From: Microbotryum violaceum
Lineage: Eukaryota
NCBI GenBank assembly: GCA_001244265.2
Contig: CDLV01000015.1
Location: forward strand, 310,001-374,000
Direction of reading: 5' to 3'
DNA: 64,000 bases
A program made the position numbers and the translations under genes. Shown piece after piece: positions 1 to 11,173 of the stretch. Below the pieces are notes generated by a model, which worked only from the letters and a program-made list of their open reading frames with translations, had not been told where the DNA came from and made no database searches. Each line of letters opens with the position of its first letter. Positions within the stretch are counted from its first letter, which is position 1.

Positions 1-587
<587 letters not shown>

Positions 588-787
588 AGTTCGTTCGTGG
601 GCTGAGAGGAAGGAGGAGAACGGATGGAAAGGGGCTGAGAGATGAGAATCAGGGATGAGGGGGAAAAGATGAAAAGAAAATATGGGACGCGACGCGCGTT
701 TGGCCGGGCCGGATAAATGGCGCTGGCTGGTGCTGGGCCACGGCGGCGGGCCGGCAGGCTTTGACGCGTCGAAAACGATTGCTGCCG

Positions 788-841
788 GGTTCCGACGCGC
801 TTTTTGGTTCCGACGCGCTTTTTGGTTCCGACGCGCTTTTT
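788..841. repeat. 3 x 18-bp perfect tandem repeat GGTTCCGACGCGCTTTTT upstream of gmd
   Basis: Read directly from the sequence. Confidence 0.95.
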
Positions 842-1351
842 GTTCTGTCGATGCGATCGGGGTGTACTTACAAAGCCAACTTACCCCGGATTGTACCACC
901 GATCGAGCCTAGCAGATGGCGATCGGGAGCAGGCCACACACTACTAGCAGTCTTTTCGCCCGCCACTCTTTTGGACTAGTATTGGGCCATACGACCGGCA
1001 TGCTCGCTCTCCGAATTTCGATCGAGAGGTCCAACCGGCAACCCCGCCCCCCTGGGCATCTCACTCGACCAGGTATTATTCAGTCGACATGTAATTGCTC
1101 ATTCATTTAGAAAACAATCCTCTACGACCTAGATCGTGGGTTATTGCTTCTGGAAAACCTAGGTAATAGGTCAAATCCAAAATCCAAAAGAGCTGACCCT
1201 GGCTGATCGGTCCAAGAGGTCCAAGCGGTAGTGCGCTGTGGTGGAACCTTCCATGCCTCGCACCGACCGCTCTCGCTCGCTCGCCCCCTATGCCCCCCGC
1301 CCCGGCGCCGCCCCCTACCACCACCGCGCTCCCTCAATCGAACACCAAAAA

Positions 1352-1908
1352 ATGGCCATCTTCCCACCACGCCAACCCCCACCACGCATCAAGCTTCCCC
1401 CCGTCCCCGTCTCCGCACTCCCTCAAACAGTCCTCCCAACGCCCTTGTCGAGGGGGCTTCAGTTGGGCGCGTTCGCTTTCACTACCGGTACGTTAGGTAT
1501 TGAAGTGTAGTTGCACTATGGGGATCTTTGAAGTTCGAGTACTGATGCTTTAGTTGTTGGATGCTGGGTTGTGATAGGTATCACCTTTTACGCGGTGCTG
1601 ATCTATGATTTCGGCGAGAAGGAGCATTGCTTCATGCCCGTAAGCTCTCTAGCATCCCACCCACCCCACAATCAAAGCACCATCCACCCCGCCCTACAAC
1701 ACTCATCCCTTTCTTCTCCCACCAGATCCGCCGATGGTTCGACGCCCAAACCTCGGGTCTCTTCACGCTCAGTGATCGAGAAAGAGCGGCAGTCGATCCG
1801 AGGGTTAGGGCCACACCGCTTCCTGGAGCGGTCGAACGGGACAATATGGTCAAGCCTGATCAAAGGACACCGATCGAGTACTTCAAGGAGAGGGAGAATG
1901 AGCGTTGA
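1352..1908 (+). CDS. Small 3-exon hypothetical protein with one hydrophobic segment
   Basis: MAIFPPRQPPPRIKL...AFAFTTG / ITFYAVLIYDFGEKEHCFMP / IRRWFDAQTSGLF...ERENER*; canonical GT-AG introns. Confidence 0.7.
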
Positions 1909-2145
1909 GGAAAGGTTGTGTGATTGTTCGTAAAGCATTGTCCCCGTTCTCGTGTTGTAATCTCAGGCTTTAGTCTCAACTCCCCCAATCTATGAAGCTT
2001 TTCATCACCCAGCTCGAGATCATGAGAACGCAGTCCACGTCATGTAGCATTCCCAACCGTATGTTTATTTTATTCGAAAATAAGTGTTTGTGTCCACAAC
2101 TATTCAGAGCTTTCCTTTGGTTGTCAAACTGGCACCGTCGGCGAG

Positions 2146-3893
2146 TCAAAGGTTCTCCTTGAGGAACTTGATCGAGCTCTCGAAAGCGCCTTCCTTGGCC
2201 TTGCGCGACTGTAAAGATGGGCAACTGGGTGAGTGAGTGAGAATCCTTAGCTCGACTTAGCTCGCGTCCACTAGGAAAGCGAAGATTTTTGGCACGAACC
2301 TTCTCGTCCTTGGGGTCACCTCGGATAGCGAAACCGTGGCTCACGCCCTCGTAGTCTGCGATTCCACCAAGCAGACAAGATACTTAGTACAGCCCGCCTT
2401 GGTCGACTGAACCTCAACAGTCTGTAATGGTGACCCACAGTTGCGCTGGTAGTTCTTATCGCCCTTGAAAACCTCGTCGGCCTTCTCCTGGCACTCCTTG
2501 GGCCACTGCGATAAACCACAGGATAAAGATTAGGGTCAGTCAGCTGCAACGACAACGTGGTAGAACTGGAAGTAGCAGCTTGTTTCTGTCTCACCATTTG
2601 GTCGGTCTCGCAAGTGTTCCACAGGAAGGGGATCGACTTGGCCTTGATGGCGGGTAAATCCTCGTCAGGCTTGAGCAACGAAGGGTGGCTGACGATCGCG
2701 ACCTTGAGGTGACCCTGGGAATACGAATCAGAGACCGATATCAGTATCCTATAATGTGGCACAGTTCTTCTGTGCTTCCTAGCAGGACTACCGAACCAGC
2801 TAGAGTAGAGCGGGAAAAAAAACTTTCGGGTCTGGAATAGGGAAAATACTGACATCAAGGACGCAATCGACAACATAGCGACCACCAAAGCAGTAGCCTG
2901 TCGCGGCAAAGTCCTTGACGCCTTGCTGCTTGAGGCCCTCGATGGTCTTGAGGATGTGGGGGTACGTTTCGGCCTTGCCGTGCTTGCTGAGCCACGCCAT
3001 CAAGTCAAAGTCCTTGTTGCGGCTCAAGGCATCCTCGGGGGCGTCGTCGCCGTTCAGGTCTATTATGGTAAGAAACAAGGGTATTAGGATATGGTGGGCT
3101 TGTTCAGTGGCAGGAAGTGTGCTAAATAGTTCATGCATGTTTTCCTTACAGTCAACAGCATAGGTCGCAAAGCCCTCGGCGGCGAAAGCATCGGCGACAA
3201 GCTGAAGAGGAGCATCAAAAGATCGTGTCAGCGATCGAGTGGAGGCTTTGCGCGGCAGAACATATGTCACCAACCTGTCCGTTGGGAAGCGAGTTACCGA
3301 AGATGCTATTTCGGTGGAAAGAGAAGGCAAGGACCGAGGAGAGAAAAGTCAAGACTCCGAGTCGCGCAGAAACTGCCGGTACTCGGATGGACTGACTCGG
3401 TAAAGAACAACAAGGCCTTGGTCTTGTCGTAGTCACCCTTGGGGAGCGCTTGGTCTGCGTTCGAGATAAGGCAGATAGATGCACACCCTGATCAGCAAAG
3501 CCGTCGGAGTCTTCGGCGGACGGAGAGCGAGTGGGGCCGGTCAGCCGGTCGTCACCCGAGTCGATGACGCACGAGCGCCCGGGACAACGCGCAGTCGAAG
3601 CCGGTGAGGAAGGGTAGTCCAAGGTCAAGTCTGCGTGAGGAGACTTACACACACGTGTACCGTTGATGGTGGTGAATTCTCCGGCGGGGGTGCCTTCGTG
3701 CTGTAGAAAGGGCCAGGAATTGCAAGGTTCAGCGACTGGGGTGGGGCATCGACTTACTGAATCGCAGCGCGTGGTCGTGAGGTAGGGCACGCATTCGCTG
3801 CCGTTCGACGGCTACAGCTTGACACAGTCGATGGGGAAGTGGAACGTTGTGACTGACCTTGACACCGGAAATACAGCAAGATCCAAGCGACAT
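2146..3893 (-). CDS. Dienelactone hydrolase family protein (AIM2-like), copy 1, multi-intron
   Basis: MSLGSCCISGVK / HEGTPAGE..., nucleophile motif GYCFGG, HPS, HGFAIRGD; ends ...SIKFLKENL*. Confidence 0.9.
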
Positions 3894-4019
3894 GATGGAT
3901 GAGATTCGGTGATGGATGAGATTCGGTGTTAGCAGGTGAGGTGGTGGAGGAGCGATGGGGTGGTAAGGATTGATCGGTTGGAGCAAGCCGTACACCGAGC
4001 TCTAGCAATCGAGCGTCGC

Positions 4020-4293
4020 TTTTTTTATTTTCATTTGATAGACTTCATTAACAGCATAATTATATTAATACTAGAAATCTTCGGAAAAGTCGGAGGGAAT
4101 GCTGTTACGCACACTGACAGAAGCCAGTAGTGTAGGACTCATTGACCCTAAACCAGGATCAACCATACCCACTAAAACCCCCTTTGGTGTCTTACAGAGA
4201 CACTAGGCGACCCTTGGACTCCTGGATAGAGGCTCGAAGCCCCTCGAACTCCGTTTCGGTGATCGGTTCCAAAAGATCCGACGAGAATCGACG
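4020..4293 (-). repeat. Left inverted arm: 5'-truncated LINE 3' end (last ~100 nt of ORF2, 3' UTR, A-rich tail)
   Basis: Block-by-block comparison with 9318-9591 gives 5 substitutions and 1 indel over ~273 nt. Confidence 0.97.
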
Positions 4294-4440
4294 CCAGGGC
4301 GAGCACCGGAATCATTTCATTATCCATCAACGACCTCCGTTATTAGCTTCGTTCTTGAGCCTATTTCGAGCGCCCGCGCCTAGAACCGGACTTAATTTTG
4401 ACGCCGATTTGGCCGACTTGAAAAAGGAAACTCCTATTGG

Positions 4441-5869
4441 ATGGACAACAACAACAACACCAACAACGCCAGCCATGCTGCTATACCACCTCTTCGCCCT
4501 GACCCTCCCGATCCTCCCGGCCAAGCCCCCGCCACCACCACCAAATCATACTCCGCCGCGGTCGGCGCCCGCTCCGCTGCGAAGCACGGAAACGCCACCG
4601 CCAACGCCTCGACTGCCGTCGCCGCCCATCCACTGATGCACAACATCGAGAATTGTGTCATCATCAACACCCCACCCTCAACCTCGGTCGAGCAAGTCCT
4701 CCTCGCGCTTGACAAATACTACCCTGGCCTTACCGGCGCAATGCCATGCGTCATCAAGAGTCAGCGCGGCCTCCGCTTTCCCAAGGCCGCCGATCTCGAC
4801 ACCCTGGTGGCCAACGGCCTCATTGTTGGCAAGACTCTGTGCAAAGTCGAGAAGCTGTACAGCTCTACTAGAGGAGGTGTTGTACAATGCACCCTTAAGG
4901 GCTTTTTCTCCGACCCGAGGGCCTCTGCCTATTCGATGAGCAGATCGCTGCCTATGGCACGGTCCTCCGTCGTCGCATCCAATACATTGGAAAGACGAAA
5001 CACATCTCTGGGGTGTACGACTTTATCCTTGCCCTTAAGGATGTAGATGTTTTGCCCCCTGCCTCACTTTCTATTGCTCGTGACGGTGTCACTGAGCGAA
5101 TCCCACTGAGGATCACCGGTGGCATGCGCCACTGCGTCTTCTGCCGTTCCGCGGCTCACGTCCGTAAGGTTTGCCCCGTCGCCCCGGCGTGCAAGTCCTG
5201 CGCGAGCACCTCGCACGCCACCCAGCACTGCCCGGCCCGTCATGCGTCGAGCCCCAGGGACCCCCACGTCACATGCCCCGCAAGCCTCCACCGCCCCACC
5301 GCCGCCCCCACCGCCGTGTCCAAGTCGATCTCCCCGGCCTCCGCCCACGACCGCATGACCAAAAAACGTCGAGTGGAACAGGATCTGGCAGCCCAGACTG
5401 AAGATCTGCCCAACAGAGCTCAGCCCGATTCTCTGTCAAAGAATGCCCGCCCCGAATTCTCCTTCAATTTCCCTTGCAAAATGCCACTCCTCCTGCCCCC
5501 CAGCCTGCCTCCAATCAGGGAATTGCCTACTCCCTCGTTGAAAAATCCTCCGAGTCCCCCAGCTCAGAGACCACTTCTCCATCCCCAAGCCCTCCTCCGG
5601 CCACGCCAAAGTCGATCATAACTCGATCCAAGTCGATTGCCGTCCTTTCCAAGCCAGCCACTCGTGAAGCCCCTCCCACTGCGCCTGCCCTCGAAGCCTC
5701 CGAGCCGAGCCCCGAGCCGTCTTCGCCCACGCCGTTGCCCTCAGCCGCGCCCAAAGCCCGACCCGATGACGCCGACACCGACGACGAGGCCGACGAAGAA
5801 GCCGAAGACCAAGAAGCACCTCCTAAGGACGTGGAAGACGCTATGGACCAAGATGATGAGCACAACTAA
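4441..5869 (+). CDS. LINE ORF1 (gag-like nucleic-acid-binding protein), 2 apparent frameshifts
   Basis: CVFCRSAAHVRKVC and CKSCASTSHATQHC (CX2CX4HX4C x2); Pro/Ser-rich and acidic C-terminus; no introns. Confidence 0.85.
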
Positions 5870-8800
5870 AATCCCAAACGTGTCTTCTGCTGCTGCCAAC
5901 GTGCAGTCAATCAATGAAGACCGTAAGCGTGCCTCTCTTTTCTCCAATCTCCGCTCCCATAACGCCGACGTCTTTCTCCTGAGCGAAACTGGCCGACCTT
6001 CCCCGAAAGGGTGGCCCAGTGGACTCAGGAGTGCCAAGGCTTAAAGCTCTCCGCTCTTTTCACTCCTTTCAACAACACTGCCATACTTTGGAAGAGCGAC
6101 TCCGTGGTCATTACTTTTGATCCCGAGTCGCCTCCAAACACTCTTCGTGCCTCTTTCTCTTTCCCGGACCGAGTCACCGACGCCACCTTTTGTGTGGGTG
6201 ATTCAAAAGTCCGGGTTGTATCAATATACGCGCCTTCCTCCGACAAGCCAGACAAAAAACGCTTCCTCTCACGCCTCAGCACCGCCCTCCGACAAGTTGT
6301 ACGTGACGAACCCTCGCCGCCTGCGCTCCTAGTCGGGGGGGACTGGAATTGTGTTGAGTCCCAGCCCCTCGATTCGGAGAACCAAAACGGAACGAATTAT
6401 GGGGGTCAGGAGATGCGCGACCTTGCCACGGCCAACAATCTTTTCGACGCCTATCGGCTCCATCATCCCAAAGGACGAGCCACGACGAATCGCTCAGCGC
6501 CCGGCACGTGCCGTCGCCTTGACCGCATCTATGTCTCGCCTGATTGGGTCGACCTCTTCCATGATCACAAAATTTGGGCTCCTGTCCTCAAATCGACGCA
6601 CTCAATGGTCGTGGCACGGTTCCAAGTGCCGGGCGCAATCGACATCGGTCCGGGCAAATTCAAGCTGGGTTTGCACGTGATCGAGGGCGACGCGACCTGC
6701 GAGTACCTCACCTCCACTGTCCGCACCCTTTACAACAAAGCCCTCCTCCAGACGCCCAACGATCCACCAGCAGCTTGGATGTCCACCAAACACCGCCTGC
6801 TGCCCGAGCTGCAGGCTCTGGCCCGGACTTTCGCTCGGTTCCGTCGTGGCGGGTCGGAGCAAGAGAGGGCTGACCACTCGCGCTACGGCGCGGCCCTGCG
6901 GTCCCGCCTCGACCCATCTCTGGCGGGTCCCTCTTCCATCTTCATCCGCCTGCGCAAAGTGCGAGCATCCGACCTGATCCCTTCGCTCACGGTCAACGAT
7001 GTTGTTCATTCCGACCCTGATTCGAAGCTTGGAGCGGCCGGCGACTACTTCGAGCGGGTCTAGAGGACCGCCCCATCGATGACGCGGTCCTGAAGGCGGT
7101 CATCGACGGCCTCGCTTCAACTCGCCTCTCCCCCGCGGACTCACTCAAGCTCGAGGAAGCGTACCCGTTGGAGATGACAAAGGCTCAAGCGGCGTGTAAT
7201 TCGAACTCTTCGCCAGGGCCTGACGGCCTCCCGGTTGAGTTTTATCGCGCTACGTGGCCGGCCACTGGCCCGATTCTTCGAGACGTCATCAACTCGATCC
7301 CCACCGAGGCCCGTCAGCCTGGACCTCTTCCCCGCAACACCGCCCACATCCATCTCATCCACAAACGCGGCGAGAGGGATCAGCTTTCGAACAAACGCCC
7401 CATATCGCTCATCAATGCGGACGAGCGCATCATCTCGCAAGCCCACAACCAGCGCCTCGCTCCCTTGCTCGAGTCCCTGATCGGCCCAACCCAACGTGGC
7501 TTTGTTCCGAACCGTTGGATCGGCACGAACATCGCTGAAGTCCAATGTCTCATGGACCCTGGACTTCCGGGCTCAACACCCGTGTCTGGCATGCTAGCGG
7601 TGATGGACTTTGAAAAGGCTTACGATCGTCTTTCCCACCCGTACCTTGATGCAGCCCTCTGCGCCGTTGGCCTCGGCCCCAAAGCCCGCCAATGGTACCG
7701 AGCGACCTACACCAACCAATCTGCCTCGATCTTCCTCAACGGTTGGCTCTCTGCCACTTTCGACATCCTGTCGGGCGTTCGGCAAGGTGATCCTTTGGCT
7801 CCGTCTCTCTTCGTCCTGGCGATCGAAGGTTTTGCCTGTCAGATTCGATTGAGAGTCAAGGGCATCGATATTGCGGGCCTCCAAAACGTTCGCGAACTCC
7901 TTTTTGCCGACGACGCTTGCTGCGCACTCCACAACCTCTCGGACTTCGACCACCTCAATCGGGCGATCGAGCTTTACGAACGGGCAAGTGCCAGCAAGCT
8001 CAGCAACGTCAAATCTTTCCTCTACCCCCTTGGAGCTTTTCGGGATCGGTCGATCGCCCCAGATCTCGGGACCTGGCGTCTCAGCAATTCGCAGTTTCGC
8101 TACCTTGGTATTCAGGTCGGGGTGGAGATCGCCGAGGATGCGGGCTGGGAAGATGTCAAGGCCTTGACCATCGCTCGGATACGCTCGATTCCGATGTACG
8201 ATCTCCCATTTGCAGCCAAGTGTTCGATCATCAACATCTACTGCTACACAAAGATCTTGTACTACAGCCGATTCCTTCCCGCCCCAAGAGCGTTGTCAAG
8301 GAGATCGAGGAGGCCGCCATGCTCGCCATTCACGGTCGAGCTTCGGATGGTACTCAGCGACGTCCGAAGGTCTCCCGGTCACGCCTCTGCACCCCTCTTG
8401 ATCACGGCGGCTTCGGTTTGATTGATCTGCCTCGGCGTCTAGCAATCGATCACGCGAAGTGGGTCTTCCAGCTCCGGGCCCCGGACGGCTGCTTCACACG
8501 CCACCTCTTCGACATCCGCATCCGCCTCCAGGCACCAAACGAACCAACCCCTTTCACCTTGTCCAGACCGGCCCCCAACCAGCATCGTTGCCCTTGGATT
8601 TGGATCTGGTGGGCTTACTTTTGCCATCCTCCCCAAAGTGGGACCATGCGGTGAGAAAAACAACAAAACTTCTTCCTGCTCGTTGGGTCCGATACTTCGA
8701 AGCCTGGGCGTTGGTGACCACGCTCAATCCCCGGAACTCTCCAAGAGCCAGAACCTCGAGCAATGGGCGACGCACGTACTCTACTTCCCAGCGGGCCACG

Positions 8801-9419
8801 GAATACAACTCTCGGTAAACCCGACGCTTTTTCGAGGGCCCGATGGCGAGGTGATGACCCCGTCTTCGTTTGTGAACGCGTTCAAACGCCACCAAGTCTT
8901 CATCTTCCCCCTTATCTTCCCCAAGGGACACCAGAAGGTATTCGATCTGCTTGAGCAACGCTGGAACGCTTGGTGGAAGGCTTTGCGCAAGGTTCGCCGG
9001 GTTCACTCGGACGCCGAGGATACCGGCCACCTTCCCTCCCTGGGGTCCCTCCATCCGGGAAGCCAAGTCGCCTCCCCAACCAGCCCACATCCCAACAATC
9101 GATCTACCTCCTGTGTGATGTGCGTCTCGGAAGCACCCGAGTGCCTGGTTCACCTCGCGGTCGGCTGCCCATTTGCCCGGCGCCTCTGGTCTGCTCTGTC
9201 CCGACCTCCCACCCAGTCTTTATGGACTTTGTATGCCCGGTCGTGTCTCGCTCGGAACGTCGACTTGTCGAACTACGAGTCCTCTTCTTTCACTCGATCT
9301 GGAAGCTCTGTCGCCGTCGTCGATTCTCGTCGGATCTTTTGGAACCGATCACCGAAACGGAGTTCGAGGGGCTTCGAGCCTCTATCCAGGAGTCCAAGGG
9401 TCGCCTAGTGTCTCTGTAA
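5853..9419 (+). CDS. LINE ORF2: apurinic-like endonuclease, reverse transcriptase and C-terminal zinc finger, 6 apparent frameshifts
   Basis: APE motifs ANVQS, LSET, SIYAP, GGDWN, RLDRIY, STH; RT motifs SPGPDGLPVEFY, RPISLIN, DFEKAYD, RQGDPLAPSLF, LFADD, YLG; GGFGL; CVMC...H...C. Confidence 0.93.
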
Positions 9420-9591
9420 GACACCAAAGGGGGTTTTAGTGGGTATGGTTGATCCTGGTTCAGGGCCAATGAGTCCTACACTACTGGCTTCTGCCAGTGT
9501 GCGTAACAGCATTCCCTCCGACTTTTCCGAAGATTTCTAGGTATTAATATAATTATGCTGTTAATGAAGTCTATCAAATAATAATAAAAAA
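9318..9591 (+). repeat. Right arm: native 3' end of the LINE
   Basis: Reverse complement of 4020-4293. Confidence 0.97.
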
Positions 9592-9731
9592 TCGGGTTGC
9601 TGACAAATCCACCCGCGATATCTTTATATCTCTAGCGCGTGGGCGGTGAACACCGACTTCGACAATCCGTGAAATCATTCACGCCCTGTCATTCTGGCAC
9701 CCGTCACCTGGACTAGAGAGGATCCGTAGCC

Positions 9732-11130
9732 ATGCCTGATCATTGCGAAGAGTACGTGCATACTCAGTACAACTCCGCCTCTAGGTCGAAGTCCCTTTTG
9801 ATCAGGATTGCCCGCGTGCCCCACTTGCTCCGCCCACTGCAACTGCCACGACGATCTGCGGATCCCCACATGGAGGGCAGCTCTAATTGAACGCTGACGG
9901 GACCCTCCTCCGTTTCCCCTCTTTCAGCTGTTTGAGAGGCGCTCTCCACTCCGGAACCCCTAAAGGGTCCATGACCACGATAGACGGCGTCGACACTTAC
10001 GTCACCTTACCCGCAGCGGGCAAGTATGACGAGACCTTGGCCGTCCTCTTTCTCGGTCAGTTTCACGCCGAAGACGAGGGGACCGTGCGGCGGGAGATTT
10101 CTGATTATATTCACTCGATGTTATGTTGCAGGTGATATCTATGGAATCTATCCTAACGCCCAGGTCAGTGCGCTGACCTCGTGACTTCGCCGACAAACCT
10201 GTCTGCTTCGAGATGTGTGCGCCCGAGCTGATCAAACATTTCCGACTCACCCCACAGCTCCTATGCGATAGCTTCGCGGATAATGGCTATGCCACGTATT
10301 TCCGTAAGCAAAGGCGATGTGGTGCGCGGATAAGTCGAAGACCAAGACCTTTCGCTTTCGCATTGCAGCCGACTACCTCGACAAAGACCCCGTACCAATT
10401 GAGGAGATGAACGCCGGTCGCTTTGACCTCGGAGCTTGGGTAGGGCGACTCCTCTCCATTTCGTAGTGTACATGGGGGGTGCTCAACCCATCGTACTTGA
10501 TCTAAATGAAAGAGCAAGAACCACACCGAGGCACATACCCGCCCCACCCTCGACAAGGTCATTGCTGCGCTCAAGAAGCAAGGCGTCACAAAATTCGCAT
10601 GCACAAGTTACTGCTTCGGGTCCGTCGCTTCCCTTCCGAGATAAAGCATTGCACTAAGCGGCTGGCCCGTGCTTATTGTCATTGTTAACAGTGGTAAATA
10701 CGCCGTCGCATTGGCAGTGGACAACGTCGTCACCTGCGCTGTTGCGGCTCATCCCTCGGGCATCAGAGTTCCCGAGGACCTCGATCTCTTGCGTGAGAAG
10801 AGTAAAGCCCCTCTCTTAATCAATGCGTGTGAGACGGACCGTACCGTGAGTCCCCATCCCCACCCATGGTGGTGAGTCTCATAAACGTTCTTTTGCTGAT
10901 CAGAAGGTCATCCATCTTGCCCACGCCGTCAGTGGCCGCGCGATCAGCAAGACAAAGCCGAGGAGATGATGGGCGGAGGGCGATACGCTCCAGGCTGGAA
11001 GCAGAACTACTATCCCGGCTGCACGCACGGTTTCGCCGTCCGAGGCGACATCACGGATCAGAGGATCAAGTTCGGCAAAGAAAATTCGTTCAAGCAGACC
11101 GTTGCATGGTTCAACAAGTACGCCAAGTGA
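9732..11130 (+). CDS. Dienelactone hydrolase family protein (AIM2-like), copy 2, multi-intron
   Basis: MPDHCEE / CLRGALHSGTPKG..., SYCFG/G, AAHPS, THGFAVRGD, ...WFNKYAK*. Confidence 0.9.
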
Positions 11131-11173
11131 GGGGGGATCATACGCATGGGAAGTGGGAGGTTGCCGTTCTGTT

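Larger units (their letters stand above)
4020..9591 (+). mobile_element. L1/Tx1-type non-LTR retrotransposon with an inverted copy of its 3' end attached at the 5' end
   Basis: ORF1 with CCHC knuckles, ORF2 with APE + RT + C-terminal CCHC, 3' UTR ending AATAATAATAAAAAA; 4020-4293 is the reverse complement of 9318-9591. Confidence 0.93.

Noticed and set aside
3894-3927. 17-bp duplication GATGGATGAGATTCGGT near the LINE as a TSD
   Set aside because: Both copies lie on the same side of the element, so it is a local tandem duplication in the hydrolase 5' UTR
9460-9512. Hammerhead-like CAATGAGTCC in the LINE 3' UTR
   Set aside because: Lacks the CUGANGA and GAAA core
4020-9591. DNA transposon, DIRS or Penelope interpretation of the inverted repeats
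   Set aside because: No transposase, tyrosine recombinase or GIY-YIG motif was seen. The ORFs are APE/RT LINE type and the repeat includes ORF2 coding sequence and the A-tail.
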